Shown: positions 6,464 to 16,475, numbered from the stretch's first letter. The stretch is 32,000 nt of DNA from Megasphaera elsdenii DSM 20460 (GCF_003010495.1 NZ_CP027570.1:540001-572000), one strand, 5' to 3'. A program made the numbers and translations. Notes: generated from the sequence alone by a model not told the origin.

Positions 6464-7768
6464 ATGTCCAACGAATCTCAAGACCGGGTCCAAGAACAGG
6501 CCCGGGAAGCCATCCGCGGCAGCCAGGGCCAGCATCGCGGCCGTCAGTTCGCCTTGTGGATGGGCGCCTTGATCATCGGCGCCATTTTAGGTTGGCTCGG
6601 TATTCCGGCATTGAACCAATTATTCGATTTCATTGCAACTGTTTTCACGCGCTTATTCCAGTTCATCGCCGTACCGACCATCGCATTAGCTGTCATCACG
6701 ACATTATCGGCTCTGGGAGCCAAGAAAGAAACGGGCCGTATCTTCGCCCACGCCGTCACCTACACGCTTTTGACGACGATCTGTGCCGCTGCCATCGGCC
6801 TGGTCCTCTATCTCTGGATCGCACCGGGCAACCTGCCGGTAGACCTCATCAATTCCGGCGTTTCCAACGTCCCGCAGAAATTGGAAAAAGTCACCTATTA
6901 CGACCACTTCCTGTCGGTCATCCCGAACAACATGCTCCAGCCGTTCTTGTCGGGCAATGTCCTTTCGGTCATGCTCATCGCGGCTGCCGTCGGTCTGGCT
7001 CTGGCATTCATGCCTAAGACAGAAAACCGCGCTGTCCTCTTGAAAGGCCTCCTGGGTCTGCAGGAAGTCCTGTTCACCCTCATCCGGGCCCTGCTCTGGA
7101 TCTTGCCGGTTGGCATCCTGGCTTTCTCGGCACAGCTGTCGGCACAGATTGAAGCTGGCGTCATCGTCGGTGCCCTGGGGAAATACACCCTGGTCATCCT
7201 CGGCGGCAACCTCATCCAGTTCTTCATCGTCCTGCCGATTTTCCTCGTCCTCCGTGGACTCAATCCGATTTACGTCTTCCGCAAGATGGCTCCGGCCATT
7301 GCCGTCGCCTTGTTCACCAAGAGCTCTGCCGGCACCTTGCCGGTCACCCTGGCTTCGGCAGAACAGCGCCTCAACGTCCATCCTCAGGTATCGCGTTTCG
7401 TCCTGCCGATCTGCACGACCATCAACATGAACGGCTGTGCTGCTTTCATCCTGGTCACGTCCCTGTTCCTCATGCAGAACGGCGGCTTTGACCTCTCTAT
7501 CGGCACCATGATTGCCTGGCTCTTCGTCGCCGTCCTGGCTGCCATCGGTAATGCCGGCGTCCCCATGGGCTGCTACTTCCTGACCTTGTCGCTCATGTCC
7601 GGCATCGGTGCCCCCATCGGCATCATGGGTATCATCCTGCCGATCTACACCATCATCGACATGATTGAAACCGCTGAAAACGTCTGGTCCGACTCGGCCG
7701 TCTGCGCCATGACCGACCACGACTTAGCATCTGAACTCGATGCCCAACCCGCACCGGCTCAGCATTAA
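6464..7768 (+). CDS. Dicarboxylate/amino acid:cation symporter (DAACS, GltP/SstT-like)
   Basis: 434 aa, polytopic. Family motifs SSAGTLPVT, NMNG and DMIETAENVWSD are present. SD AAAGGGGGAG precedes the ATG. Confidence 0.9.
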   Translation: MSNESQDRVQEQAREAIRGSQGQHRGRQFALWMGALIIGAILGWLGIPALNQLFDFIATVFTRLFQFIAVPTIALAVITTLSALGAKKETGRIFAHAVTYTLLTTICAAAIGLVLYLWIAPGNLPVDLINSGVSNVPQKLEKVTYYDHFLSVIPNNMLQPFLSGNVLSVMLIAAAVGLALAFMPKTENRAVLLKGLLGLQEVLFTLIRALLWILPVGILAFSAQLSAQIEAGVIVGALGKYTLVILGGNLIQFFIVLPIFLVLRGLNPIYVFRKMAPAIAVALFTKSSAGTLPVTLASAEQRLNVHPQVSRFVLPICTTINMNGCAAFILVTSLFLMQNGGFDLSIGTMIAWLFVAVLAAIGNAGVPMGCYFLTLSLMSGIGAPIGIMGIILPIYTIIDMIETAENVWSDSAVCAMTDHDLASELDAQPAPAQH

Positions 7769-7773
7769 AGGCA

Positions 7774-7829
7774 TAAAAAAAGGGGTTGTCGCACGAAGGC
7801 TTCTGCCATCATGCGAGGGCCCTTTTTCT
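7774..7829 (+). terminator. Terminator-like hairpin with T-tract (paralog of 5477-5525)
   Basis: A8-GGGGTTGTCGCA-(18-nt loop containing GGC-TTCT-GCC)-TGCGAGGGCCC-TTTTT, starting 6 nt after the transporter stop. Confidence 0.55.
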
Positions 7830-7834
7830 TAAAT

Positions 7835-7933
7835 GTTTGAGGTTTGATGTATGATGTATGATGTTTGAGGCGATGGCTTTTAAATTTTGTCCCCTCCACA
7901 TCAAACTTTCAACTTCAAACTTCAAACTCAAAA
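7835..7933. repeat. Two inverted 7-nt-period arrays around an AT-rich TTTTAAATTTT core
   Basis: Left arm: GTTTGAG GTTTGAT GTATGAT GTATGAT GTTTGAG. The right arm read on the other strand is GTTTGAA GTTTGAA GTTGAAA GTTTGAT. The arms are imperfectly complementary. Confidence 0.85.
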
Positions 7934-7964
7934 AGGGCTTGTCGTCATGCGACAAGCCCTTTTT
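7930..7964 (-). terminator. Rho-independent terminator for the trp operon (bidirectional shape, TGTCG core family)
   Basis: AAAAAGGGCTTGTCG-TCATG-CGACAAGCCCTTTTT, 1 nt from the trpA stop codon. Confidence 0.85.
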
Positions 7965-7965
7965 A

Positions 7966-8742
7966 TTATCCCCGAATCGTAGCTTCCTTCATGGCTTTGA
8001 CGTAGTCATAGATGTGGGGGGCGGCATCGTCACCGTATTGGGCGATGATCTTGACGATGGCACTGCCTACGATGACGCCGTCAGCGACGCGGCCGATTTT
8101 TTCAGCCTGTTCGGTCGTATTGATGCCGAATCCGACGGCACACGGTACGTCTGTGACTTCTTTGGCCGTATCGACGATTTCTTTGAGGTCCGTCTTGATT
8201 TCCGTCCGCGTCCCGGTGACCCCCAGGGAGGACACGATGTACAAGAAACCTTCGCCGACTTTAGCGATTTTCTGGATACGGTCTTTCGACGTCGGCGCAA
8301 TCATGGAGATGATGTCGATGCCATGGGCTTTGGCAGCTGCCGCACATTCGTCACGTTCTTCAAAGGGCATATCAGGGATGATAATGCCATCCATGCCCGT
8401 TTCCTGGCAGCGGGCAAAGAATTTTTCAGCGCCGTAATGGAAGACAGGATTGAGGTAGGTCAAGAAAACCAGGGGAATCTGCGTTTCCTTACGGACCCGT
8501 TCGACCAGGGCAAAGACGTCGTCAATGCGCGTCCCGGCTTTCAAGGCCCGCAGGTCCGCTTCCTGGATGACGATGCCTTCGGCGATGGGGTCGGAAAAAG
8601 GAATACCGATTTCGATGAGGTCGGCTCCGGCTTTTTCCATAGTCATGATATATTCATACGTCTTGTCCAGCGACGGGTCGCCAGCTGTCAAGAATCCGAT
8701 AAATGCTTTGCCGTTCTTAAAGGCGTTGCCAATCTTACTCAT
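7966..8742 (-). CDS. trpA: Tryptophan synthase alpha chain
   Basis: [25 protein letters not shown]... is typical of TrpA. I chose the internal ATG at 8742 (SD AAGGGAGGG upstream), which overlaps the trpB stop as ATGAGTAA, rather than the ORF-track start at 8790. Confidence 0.9.
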   Translation of the reverse strand: MSKIGNAFKNGKAFIGFLTAGDPSLDKTYEYIMTMEKAGADLIEIGIPFSDPIAEGIVIQEADLRALKAGTRIDDVFALVERVRKETQIPLVFLTYLNPVFHYGAEKFFARCQETGMDGIIIPDMPFEERDECAAAAKAHGIDIISMIAPTSKDRIQKIAKVGEGFLYIVSSLGVTGTRTEIKTDLKEIVDTAKEVTDVPCAVGFGINTTEQAEKIGRVADGVIVGSAIVKIIAQYGDDAAPHIYDYVKAMKEATIRG

Positions 8743-9919
8743 GTAAGTCCCTCCCTTTATATCTTGCAATGGCGGCGACGTCTTTATCACCGCGGCCGGA
8801 CAAGCAGACGATGATGCTGTCGTCTTTGCTCATCTTCGGCGCTATCTGCATGGCTTCATAGACGGCATGGGCGCTTTCGATGGCGCAGATGATGCCTTCC
8901 GTGCGGGCCAGGTATTCAAAAGCTTCGACGGCTTCGTCGTCCTTGACCGGTACATACTGGGCGCGTCCCGTCTGGTGGAGATAAGCGTGTTCCGGCCCGA
9001 TGCCCGGATAGTCGAGGCCGGCCGAAATGGAATAGACTTCGTCGATCTGGCCGTCTTCATTCTGGCAGAAAATGGATTTCATGCCATGGAAGATACCGAC
9101 TTCCCCTTTGGCGATAGTCGCTGCATGGAGCTTGGTGTCGATGCCCTTGCCGGCCGCTTCACAACCGATGAGTTTGACGTCCTTATCGCCGATGAAATGG
9201 TAGAACATGCCCATGGCATTGCTGCCGCCACCAACGCAGGCCAGGACAGCGGAAGGCAATTTCCCTTCCCGTTCGAGAATCTGCTGACGCGCTTCCTTGC
9301 TGATAACGGACTGGAAGTCGCGGACCATCATCGGGAACGGATGAGGACCCATAGTCGAACCGATGACGTAGTGTGTATCGTCGACACGGCTGACCCATTC
9401 GCGCATGGCTTCATTGACAGCATCTTTGAGGACTCGCGAACCCGATGTGACAGCGTGGACTTTAGCCCCTAAGAGTTCCATGCGGTAGACGTTCAATGCC
9501 TGGCGGATTGTATCTTCTTCGCCCATGAAGACTTCACATTCAAGGCCTAAGAAAGCCGCTGCTGTCGCCGTAGCGACGCCGTGCTGGCCGGCACCGGTTT
9601 CAGCGATGACCCGTGTCTTGCCCATCTTCTTGGCCAACAGGCACTGACCCAGGGCGTTGTTGATCTTATGGGCGCCTGTATGGTTCAAATCTTCGCGCTT
9701 CAAATAAACTTTCGCGCCGCCCAGGTCCTTGGTCATGCGTTCGGCATAGTAGAGCAGGGACGGACGGTTGGCATAATTATCGAGCAAATCCTTCAATTCT
9801 GCCTGAAAATCGGGATCATTTTTATAATGGCTGTAGGCTTTTTCCAAGCGCTGGATTTCATTCATCAATGTTTCCGGTATATATTGACCGCCGAAGGGGC
9901 CAAATCTTCCTGTACTCAT
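8735..9919 (-). CDS. trpB: Tryptophan synthase beta chain
   Basis: The [13 protein letters not shown] start and the [12 protein letters not shown]-lysine motif are present. Start ATG 9919 follows SD AGGAGG, 4 nt after the trpF stop. Confidence 0.95.
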   Translation of the reverse strand: MSTGRFGPFGGQYIPETLMNEIQRLEKAYSHYKNDPDFQAELKDLLDNYANRPSLLYYAERMTKDLGGAKVYLKREDLNHTGAHKINNALGQCLLAKKMGKTRVIAETGAGQHGVATATAAAFLGLECEVFMGEEDTIRQALNVYRMELLGAKVHAVTSGSRVLKDAVNEAMREWVSRVDDTHYVIGSTMGPHPFPMMVRDFQSVISKEARQQILEREGKLPSAVLACVGGGSNAMGMFYHFIGDKDVKLIGCEAAGKGIDTKLHAATIAKGEVGIFHGMKSIFCQNEDGQIDEVYSISAGLDYPGIGPEHAYLHQTGRAQYVPVKDDEAVEAFEYLARTEGIICAIESAHAVYEAMQIAPKMSKDDSIIVCLSGRGDKDVAAIARYKGRDLHE

Positions 9920-9923
9920 GTAG

Positions 9924-10547
9924 TTACCTCCTGTAAGCACGTACACGTGCCATGAATAATTTCATCTTTTCTTTATCTTTCACGCCGTCTGTCTCAATGC
10001 CACTGCTCACATCGAGGGCATAGGGATGGAACGCCGCTGCCTGGACAGCATTGTCGGGATTGAGGCCGCCGGCCAGAAAATACGGTCTGTTTAACTGGCC
10101 CAGCAGGGCCCAGTCGAAGCAATCGCCGGTCCCGCCGGCACCGTGGTCGAGCAGGATGTAGTCGGCCCGGCTTTGCTCTGCCTTGCGGACATCATCCTGG
10201 CTGGCAATGGAAAAAGCCTTGATGACCGGGACTTGCAGCGATTGCCGGACGGCATCAATCATAGTGTCGTCCTCCTGCCCATGGAGCTGGACGATTTGGA
10301 TCGTACCCGCTGCGACCAGCTTTCCCATATGTTCCAGGCTGTCGTCGACGAAGACGCCGACGGCAGGGATGCCCGGGTCCAGGTCCTTGCGCAAGGCCGC
10401 CGCCTGGTCATCGCTGACGCGGCGCTTCTTGCCGGCAAAGACGAAGCCGGCGTAATCGGGACGGAGTTCATTAGCCCAGGCGATATCACAAGGGCGCTTG
10501 AGGCCGCAGAACTTGACCTTAACCACGAGAGCCTCCGGCCAGCTCAT
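9924..10547 (-). CDS. trpF: Phosphoribosylanthranilate isomerase
   Basis: [13 protein letters not shown]... is typical of TrpF. An alternative GTG start at 10526 (SD GGAGG 5 nt upstream) overlaps the trpC stop as GTGGTTAA. Confidence 0.9.
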   Translation of the reverse strand: MSWPEALVVKVKFCGLKRPCDIAWANELRPDYAGFVFAGKKRRVSDDQAAALRKDLDPGIPAVGVFVDDSLEHMGKLVAAGTIQIVQLHGQEDDTMIDAVRQSLQVPVIKAFSIASQDDVRKAEQSRADYILLDHGAGGTGDCFDWALLGQLNRPYFLAGGLNPDNAVQAAAFHPYALDVSSGIETDGVKDKEKMKLFMARVRAYRR

Positions 10548-11307
10548 CGAGCATGGCTTTCTTATCAGGGCTTCTCATAAAGGTCTCGCCGATGAGGACG
10601 GCATCGACGCCGTGGTCGCGCAGGACCTTTGTGTGGTCGGCCGTCTTGATGCCGCTTTCGGCAACGAAGAGAATATCCTTCGGCACCAGCGGCCGCAGGC
10701 GGCAGCTCGTATCGAGGGAGACCGTGAAGTCCTTGAGGTTGCGGTTATTGACGCCGATGACGCGGGCGCCGCTGGCGATGGCCCGGCGCACTTCGTCTTC
10801 ATCGTGGGCTTCGACCAGGGCCGATAATCCCAGGGAGTCAGCCAGCTGGAAGAAATGCCGCAACCTTTCATCATCGAGGATAGCACAGATGAGGAGCACT
10901 GCTGACGCGCCCAGGGCGCGGGCTTCGTAGATCTGGTATTCGTCGATGACGAAATCCTTGCGCAGGACCGGTGTCGTGACGGCTGCGGCAATTTCCTGCA
11001 AGTACTGCGGGCTGCCGAGGAAATAATCCCGTTCCGTCAGGACGGAAATGGCCGCAGCGCCGGCCTGTTCATATTCTTTGGCAATGGCTACATAGGGAAA
11101 GTCGGGAGCGATGAGGCCCTTCGACGGCGAAGCCTTCTTGACTTCACAGATGAAGGACAGCCCCGGTTTTCCCAAATTCTTTTCAAAAGGGAAGCCTTCC
11201 TTTTTCGGCGCCGCCAGGGCCCGCGCCTTCATGACTTCCAGGGGCACCTGCTGTTTATCCGTAACCAGCCGCTTGGCGACGGCCGCCGTAAGATCATCTA
11301 ATATCAT
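10519..11307 (-). CDS. trpC: Indole-3-glycerol phosphate synthase
   Basis: FICEVKKASPSKG and VLTERDYF motifs are present. I chose ATG 11307 (MILDDL...), downstream of the trpD stop, over the ORF-track start at 11343, which lies inside trpD. Confidence 0.9.
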   Translation of the reverse strand: MILDDLTAAVAKRLVTDKQQVPLEVMKARALAAPKKEGFPFEKNLGKPGLSFICEVKKASPSKGLIAPDFPYVAIAKEYEQAGAAAISVLTERDYFLGSPQYLQEIAAAVTTPVLRKDFVIDEYQIYEARALGASAVLLICAILDDERLRHFFQLADSLGLSALVEAHDEDEVRRAIASGARVIGVNNRNLKDFTVSLDTSCRLRPLVPKDILFVAESGIKTADHTKVLRDHGVDAVLIGETFMRSPDKKAMLDELAGGSRG

Positions 11308-11318
11308 AGGGCACCTTC

Positions 11319-12341
11319 TTACTCGTTGCTGACGGCAATGCATTTTTCCAGGGCTGCCGTCGCCTTACCTCTGTCGATGAGGCTGGCGGCGAGCTGGATG
11401 CCGTCGGCGATGGAATCGGCTTTGCCGGCGACGAAGAGGGCGGCACCGCTGTTCATGAGGACGGCATTGCGTTTCGTCCCCTGGATTTTCCCGGACAGGA
11501 CGTCGCGCGTAATCTGGGCATTGACTTCGGGCGTACCGCCGACGAGGTCTTCTTTTTTACCCGGCGTCAGGCCGAAGTCTTCCGGCTTGATGACGGCCGT
11601 CCGGTAATAACCGTCGCGGAGTTCACAAATCGTCGTCGGCCCGTTCGGCGAAATTTCGTCGAGTTTTTCCTGCCCGTAAGCGACGAGGCCCCGTTTGACG
11701 CCGAGGGAAGCCAGGACCTTGGCCAGCGGTTCGACGAGATAGCCGTCATAGACGCCGAGGAGGAACATTTCCGGCTTGGCCGGATTGGTCAAGGGCCCGA
11801 GGATGTTGAAGACCGTCCGGAATCCCAGTTCCTTGCGGATGGGGCCGACGTACTTCATGGCGGCGTGGTATTTCTGAGCGAAGAGGAAGCAGAAATTCGT
11901 TTCTTCGAGCATCTTCAGGGCCAGCTGCGGGTCCTGCTGGATATTGATGCCCAGCGCTTCCAGGCAGTCTGCCGTGCCGCACAGGGACGACGCAGCCCGG
12001 TTGCCGTGCTTGGCGACTTTGACACCGCCTGCGGCCAGGACCATGGCCGACGTCGTGGAAATATTGAAGGAATGAGCGCCGTCGCCGCCGGTGCCGACGA
12101 TTTCCAGGACATCCATACCCGGATGGGGAACGGGTGTAGCCAGGGAGCGCATGGCTTCGGCACAGCCGGAAATTTCATCGATCGTTTCAGCTTTGGTGCT
12201 CTTCGTCGAAAGGGCTGCCAGGAACGCCGCATTTTGCGTCGGCGTCGTTTCGCCCTTCATGATTTCCATCATGACCTGATGGGCTTCGTCATAGGTCAAA
12301 TCACCTTTATTTACAATCTTGATAATCGCTTCTTTAATCAT
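11319..12341 (-). CDS. trpD: Anthranilate phosphoribosyltransferase
   Basis: 340 aa with GTGGDG, NISTT and KHGNRA motifs. SD GGGGAGG precedes the start. Confidence 0.95.
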   Translation of the reverse strand: MIKEAIIKIVNKGDLTYDEAHQVMMEIMKGETTPTQNAAFLAALSTKSTKAETIDEISGCAEAMRSLATPVPHPGMDVLEIVGTGGDGAHSFNISTTSAMVLAAGGVKVAKHGNRAASSLCGTADCLEALGINIQQDPQLALKMLEETNFCFLFAQKYHAAMKYVGPIRKELGFRTVFNILGPLTNPAKPEMFLLGVYDGYLVEPLAKVLASLGVKRGLVAYGQEKLDEISPNGPTTICELRDGYYRTAVIKPEDFGLTPGKKEDLVGGTPEVNAQITRDVLSGKIQGTKRNAVLMNSGAALFVAGKADSIADGIQLAASLIDRGKATAALEKCIAVSNE

Positions 12342-12379
12342 TGTAAGTACCTCCCCTATGTTAGACTCATCTATATCAC

Positions 12380-12946
12380 TTATAATGCAAGGAAATTTTC
12401 TACCATCATCGGCCCTTGAGGCGTCAAAATCGATTCGGGATGGAACTGCAGGCCGTAGACGGGATACTGCTTATGGCCGACGGCCATGATTTCACCATCT
12501 TCCGTATGGGCCAGGACTTCCAGTTCATCCGGCAAGGTATCCGGGTCGAGGGCCAGGGAATGATAGCGGCCGACGTCGACCTGTTCCGGCAGTCCCTTGA
12601 ACAAGGGGCTGTCCGTCTTCAGCGTGGCGACGGATTGTTTGCCGTGCATGAGCTGCTTGGCATAGGTAATGGTACCGCCGTAGACTTCGCAGATGGCCTG
12701 ATGACCTAAGCAGACGCCCAGGATGGGGACCTTGCCGGCGAAGTAGCTGATGGCCTGTTCGCAGACACCGGCATCGGCCGGACGGCCCGGTCCGGGAGAA
12801 ATGATGAGGTGATCCGGACGCATGGCTTCGATGGCTTCGACGGTCTTTTCATCGTTGCGGATGACCGTGATATCCGGGTCGAACTGACCGAGGAGCTGGT
12901 AGAGATTATAAGAAAAACTATCGTAATTATCAATGAGCACTATCAT
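12380..12946 (-). CDS. trpG: Anthranilate synthase component II (glutamine amidotransferase, TrpG/PabA type)
   Basis: 188 aa with the GVCLGHQ nucleophile elbow and the HPES motif. The start overlaps the trpE stop (ATGA). Confidence 0.9.
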   Translation of the reverse strand: MIVLIDNYDSFSYNLYQLLGQFDPDITVIRNDEKTVEAIEAMRPDHLIISPGPGRPADAGVCEQAISYFAGKVPILGVCLGHQAICEVYGGTITYAKQLMHGKQSVATLKTDSPLFKGLPEQVDVGRYHSLALDPDTLPDELEVLAHTEDGEIMAVGHKQYPVYGLQFHPESILTPQGPMMVENFLAL

Positions 12947-14412
12947 TTGTCGATCCCTCCATTAGCCTGCTGCAATGCAATGACGACAGCTTTGGCCTTG
13001 TTCAGACATTCCTGATGTTCCTGTTCGGGGATACTGTCGGCGACGATGCCCGCGCCGGAGCAGGCGTAGACGTGATTTCCTTTCTTATAGGCCAGGCGGA
13101 TGCCGATGCAGCAGTCCATATTACCCGTAAAGTCGATGTATCCGATGGCGCCGCCATAGACGCCGCGTTTATGGCCTTCCAGTTCGTCGATGATTTCGCA
13201 GGCCCGGATCTTCGGTGCCCCTGACAGGGTGCCGGCCGGCAGGACCGATGCAATGGCGTCGATAGCCGTCTTATCCTTGCGGATCGTGCTGTGAACAGTC
13301 GAACCGATATGCATGATATGAGAGAAACGCAGGACGTCGAGATAGCGTTCGACGTGAACGCTGCCAAATTCACTGATGCGGCCCAAATCGTTGCGGCCCA
13401 AGTCGACGAGCATGTTGTGTTCGGCCAGTTCCTTCGTATTGTGCAGGAGTTCATCTTCCAAGGCCTGGTCTTCTTCCGGCGTCTTGCCCCGCGGCCGCGA
13501 TCCCGCCAGGGGGAATGTGAACAGGTCGCCGTTTTCCAGGCGGGTCAGCGTTTCCGGTGAAGAGCCGGCGAGCTCGATATCATCGCCGGAGAAGAAGAAC
13601 ATATACGGCGATGGATTGAGGGTCCGCAGGACGCGGTACGTATCGAGGAGGCTCCCCTCGGCTTCAGCGCTCAGGCGGTTGGCCAGGACGACCTGGAAAA
13701 TATCGCCTTCGCGGATGTAGGTCTTGCCCTTTTCGACCATCTGGCAATATTCTTCTTTATTGAACAAAGGCTTGAAATCACTTTTGAGCTTCAACGGGAT
13801 GTCCGGGGCCTTCTTGCCTTCCCGGATAAGGCTTTCCATGCGTTCCATTTCCAGGAGAGCCCGGTTATAATTTTCCTCGGCCGAGTCGAGGCGGACGTTG
13901 ACGATAAGGTAAATCTGCTGTTTCAGGTTATCGAAGACGATGACCTTATCGAAGAGCATGAGGTCGAAATCGTTGAAGCCATCATCATCGACGGCATTGA
14001 GTTTCAGCGACGGTTCGGCGTATTTGATGAAATCGTAGGCAAAATACCCGACCAGTCCGCCTGTAAAGGGAGGCAGGTCCGAAAGGCGCGGCGCCTTATT
14101 GTCGGCCAGTATCTGGGAAATAAGCTGTTCCGGATGGTCCGTATGGATCTGGACTTCAGCGCCGGTCTTGATGTGGACCGTACCGTCCTTGCAGTACAGA
14201 CCCATCTGCGGATCATAGCCGATAAAGGTATAGCGGCCCCAGCGCTGGGAATCTTCCATGCTTTCCAGCAAATAGCAGTGAGAGCTGATGTTCTTGACGA
14301 TGCGCAATACTTCGATAGGCGTGCGGACGTCGGCATACATGCTGCGGCAGATGGGCACGACCTTGTATTCACCTTGATATGCTTTTACCTGTTCCAGACT
14401 GAGCGTTTCCAT
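12943..14412 (-). CDS. trpE: Anthranilate synthase component I
   Basis: 489 aa. The chorismate-binding domain carries SPYMFF and GGAIGY motifs. SD AGGAGG precedes the start. Confidence 0.95.
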   Translation of the reverse strand: METLSLEQVKAYQGEYKVVPICRSMYADVRTPIEVLRIVKNISSHCYLLESMEDSQRWGRYTFIGYDPQMGLYCKDGTVHIKTGAEVQIHTDHPEQLISQILADNKAPRLSDLPPFTGGLVGYFAYDFIKYAEPSLKLNAVDDDGFNDFDLMLFDKVIVFDNLKQQIYLIVNVRLDSAEENYNRALLEMERMESLIREGKKAPDIPLKLKSDFKPLFNKEEYCQMVEKGKTYIREGDIFQVVLANRLSAEAEGSLLDTYRVLRTLNPSPYMFFFSGDDIELAGSSPETLTRLENGDLFTFPLAGSRPRGKTPEEDQALEDELLHNTKELAEHNMLVDLGRNDLGRISEFGSVHVERYLDVLRFSHIMHIGSTVHSTIRKDKTAIDAIASVLPAGTLSGAPKIRACEIIDELEGHKRGVYGGAIGYIDFTGNMDCCIGIRLAYKKGNHVYACSGAGIVADSIPEQEHQECLNKAKAVVIALQQANGGIDK

Positions 14413-14423
14413 ATGAACCTCCT

Positions 14424-14712
14424 AAAAAAAGAATCCGTCCACGACAATGTTACTTGTCAAGGACGGATTAAGTTCCGCGGTGCCACCTTGTTTTAGGGGT
14501 TGAACCCTACTCTCGACGGAATACCAACATATTCCCGGCAACTGACGTATGCCAACACGTCGCAGAATACTCGGCCTTCCGGCTTTTGACTGCGCCCTCA
14601 GCGGTCCATTTAACGAGCTGCGTCGGCCGGCTCTCAGCATCCCGGCTCTCTGTACGTGCACGTCATCGTTTTTACTTCCGCCTCAATGGTTTCATGGACG
14701 ATGTTCGGTTGA
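14424..14712 (-). promoter_or_regulatory. T-box riboswitch leader, tryptophan (UGG) specifier, with intrinsic terminator
   Basis: Read on the minus strand. Stem I motifs are AGAGAGCCGG...GCUGAGAGCCGG. The specifier-like AAAUGGA has UGG at 14608-14606. The conserved T-box sequence AACAAGGUGGCACCGCGG is at 14492-14475. The terminator AAUCCGUCC...GGACGGAUU plus U7 is at 14469-14424. Confidence 0.85.
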
Positions 14713-14719
14713 TGGTTGT

Positions 14720-14748
14720 ATGATACACCGCATTATGTAACCTGTCAA
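14720..14748 (-). promoter_or_regulatory. Promoter of the trp operon leader
   Basis: On the minus strand: -35 TTGACA (14748-14743), 17-nt spacer, -10 TATCAT (14725-14720). Confidence 0.6.
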
Positions 14749-14788
14749 GGCCATTTTTGTCCACCATTTAAAGACAATCGTTTTACTG

Positions 14789-14824
14789 AAAAAAAAAGCT
14801 TGTCGCGTACACGACAAGCTTTTT
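14789..14824 (-). terminator. Rho-independent terminator for the permease gene (TGTCG core family)
   Basis: A9-GCTTGTCG-CGTACA-CGACAAGC-TTTT. The A9 run supplies the U-tract for the minus-strand transcript. Confidence 0.85.
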
Positions 14825-14825
14825 A

Positions 14826-14917
14826 GTGGCTAGTGGCTAGTGGCTAGGGGTTAGTGGCTCACATGGCGTTACGAACCATGAGCCACCAACTGCTAATCCC
14901 TAGCGGCTAACTGCTAG
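14826..14917. repeat. Two inverted 7-nt-period arrays (GTGGCTA type), TAG-N4 periodic on both strands
   Basis: Left arm: GTGGCTA GTGGCTA GTGGCTA GGGGTTA GTGGCTC. The right arm read on the minus strand is cTAGcagtTAGccgcTAGggatTAGcagt. The arms are imperfectly complementary around CATGG..CCATG. Confidence 0.85.
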
Positions 14918-14921
14918 AAAA

Positions 14922-16217
14922 CTACATCATCGCGATGACCGGCGAGATGATGAGCAGGATACCGGCGAAGACGATGAGGACTAAGGAAATGCCTTTATAC
15001 TTGTGCAGGGCATTGACCTTATAGACCAGGTAGGCCGGGATGAGGCAGGCAATGATGCCGAAAATCGGGCCCAGCAGGGTCAGGAGCTTGAGGACCGGTG
15101 CATTGAGGACGATGGCACCCCAGGCTACGGCTACGGCAAAGATGAGGATACCGTGGCGGACAACAGTCTTGCTGATTTTTTCTTCCGGGATGAAACGGCG
15201 CAGGATATTCATGGCAATACCCTGGCAGGCTTCACGGAAGCCAAGGAAGACACTGAAGAAGGCTGTCATAACGGCGAAGATGTTGAGGATAAGGCTGAAA
15301 ATCTTGACGGCGCTGCCATCGAAACCTCTGGCGACGATAGCCAGAGCCGAAATGTTCTGGGAGTAAGCGATGACGGCCTGGTCATGGCCGAGAGCCAGGT
15401 TGAAGGACATGGCATACGAGAAAATCGTGATGAACAAGACGGAGAAAGCGATTTTCATAGCCCGCATAGCTTTATAACGGGCGACGTGGATCGATTTATT
15501 ATGAGAGCGATAGGAAATGACCATCGGGCTGATGCTGGGAATGAAGAGAATCGAGGTCAGCGTGACCGGCAACATGGCAATCGTATTCTTGACCAGGTAG
15601 CCCAGGTCCGGGAAGACACCGATATTGGCCAGGTTCCAGTGCTGGATCATGATGCCGCCCAAGCAGATGACGACTAACAATTTCGTCAGGACCATGAGCG
15701 TCGATACGCGGAACAAGAGCTGTTCGCCCCGGGAAGCGATGAGGACCATGACACAGATGATGGCCAGACCATATAAGGGGTTATCCGACAGGAGCGTATC
15801 GGTGACGCCGAAGGAAAATAAGAAGGACGCGCTGTCATTGGTCAAAGCTGTCGAATACATGAATACGCAGATGAGAATGCTCAGGAAGTAAAGGATCCCC
15901 AGGAGGAAGCCCCAGTTCTTCCCTAAATATCCGCTGATGACGCTGGGATAATCTTCACACCGCGGCGAATCGGCCAGGGTGTTGATAAACAACCGTTGTA
16001 AGAGATAAATAGCCGGATAGGCGATGATGGCCGAGAATAAATAGACCCACACGCCGACCAAACCGACCTGGACAGGTAAAAAGACGATGCCGGCGCCGAT
16101 GGCCATGCCGATACTCATAATAATCCAGCCCCAGTCCGTACTGTCGAACTTAACGGCTTCTTTCCATTGTGCATCTGTCATGCCCGCCTGCCGGGCCAAT
16201 GCTGCTGATGAGTTCAT
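14922..16217 (-). CDS. Hydroxy/aromatic amino acid permease (HAAAP family; SdaC/TdcC/Mtr-like)
   Basis: DWGWIIMSIGMAIGAGIVFLPVQ resembles the SdaC/TdcC N-terminal signature, with about 11 hydrophobic segments. I chose ATG 16217 (SD AGGAGG 8 nt upstream) over the ORF-track start at 16244. Confidence 0.8.
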   Translation of the reverse strand: MNSSAALARQAGMTDAQWKEAVKFDSTDWGWIIMSIGMAIGAGIVFLPVQVGLVGVWVYLFSAIIAYPAIYLLQRLFINTLADSPRCEDYPSVISGYLGKNWGFLLGILYFLSILICVFMYSTALTNDSASFLFSFGVTDTLLSDNPLYGLAIICVMVLIASRGEQLLFRVSTLMVLTKLLVVICLGGIMIQHWNLANIGVFPDLGYLVKNTIAMLPVTLTSILFIPSISPMVISYRSHNKSIHVARYKAMRAMKIAFSVLFITIFSYAMSFNLALGHDQAVIAYSQNISALAIVARGFDGSAVKIFSLILNIFAVMTAFFSVFLGFREACQGIAMNILRRFIPEEKISKTVVRHGILIFAVAVAWGAIVLNAPVLKLLTLLGPIFGIIACLIPAYLVYKVNALHKYKGISLVLIVFAGILLIISPVIAMM

Positions 16218-16475
16218 ATGAATTACCTCCTGTGGCAAATACAACCAAACGATGATGTCCCCTCTGATACTACATTTTTCTCCCCTGTCGCCGTTCTCTT
16301 TCTCAATTTCTTTTCATATACATTTCTGCTATGGTTTATAAGTGGGTTTTATTTAAAACCATAAAATTTAATGTATAGTCCGGCGTTTCACCTTTTACTA
16401 AAACGTTCTATTTCATACTTAAAGTATAACATGGAAGGTGTAACCTGTAAAATATTCATTGTGCAATTTACTTTC

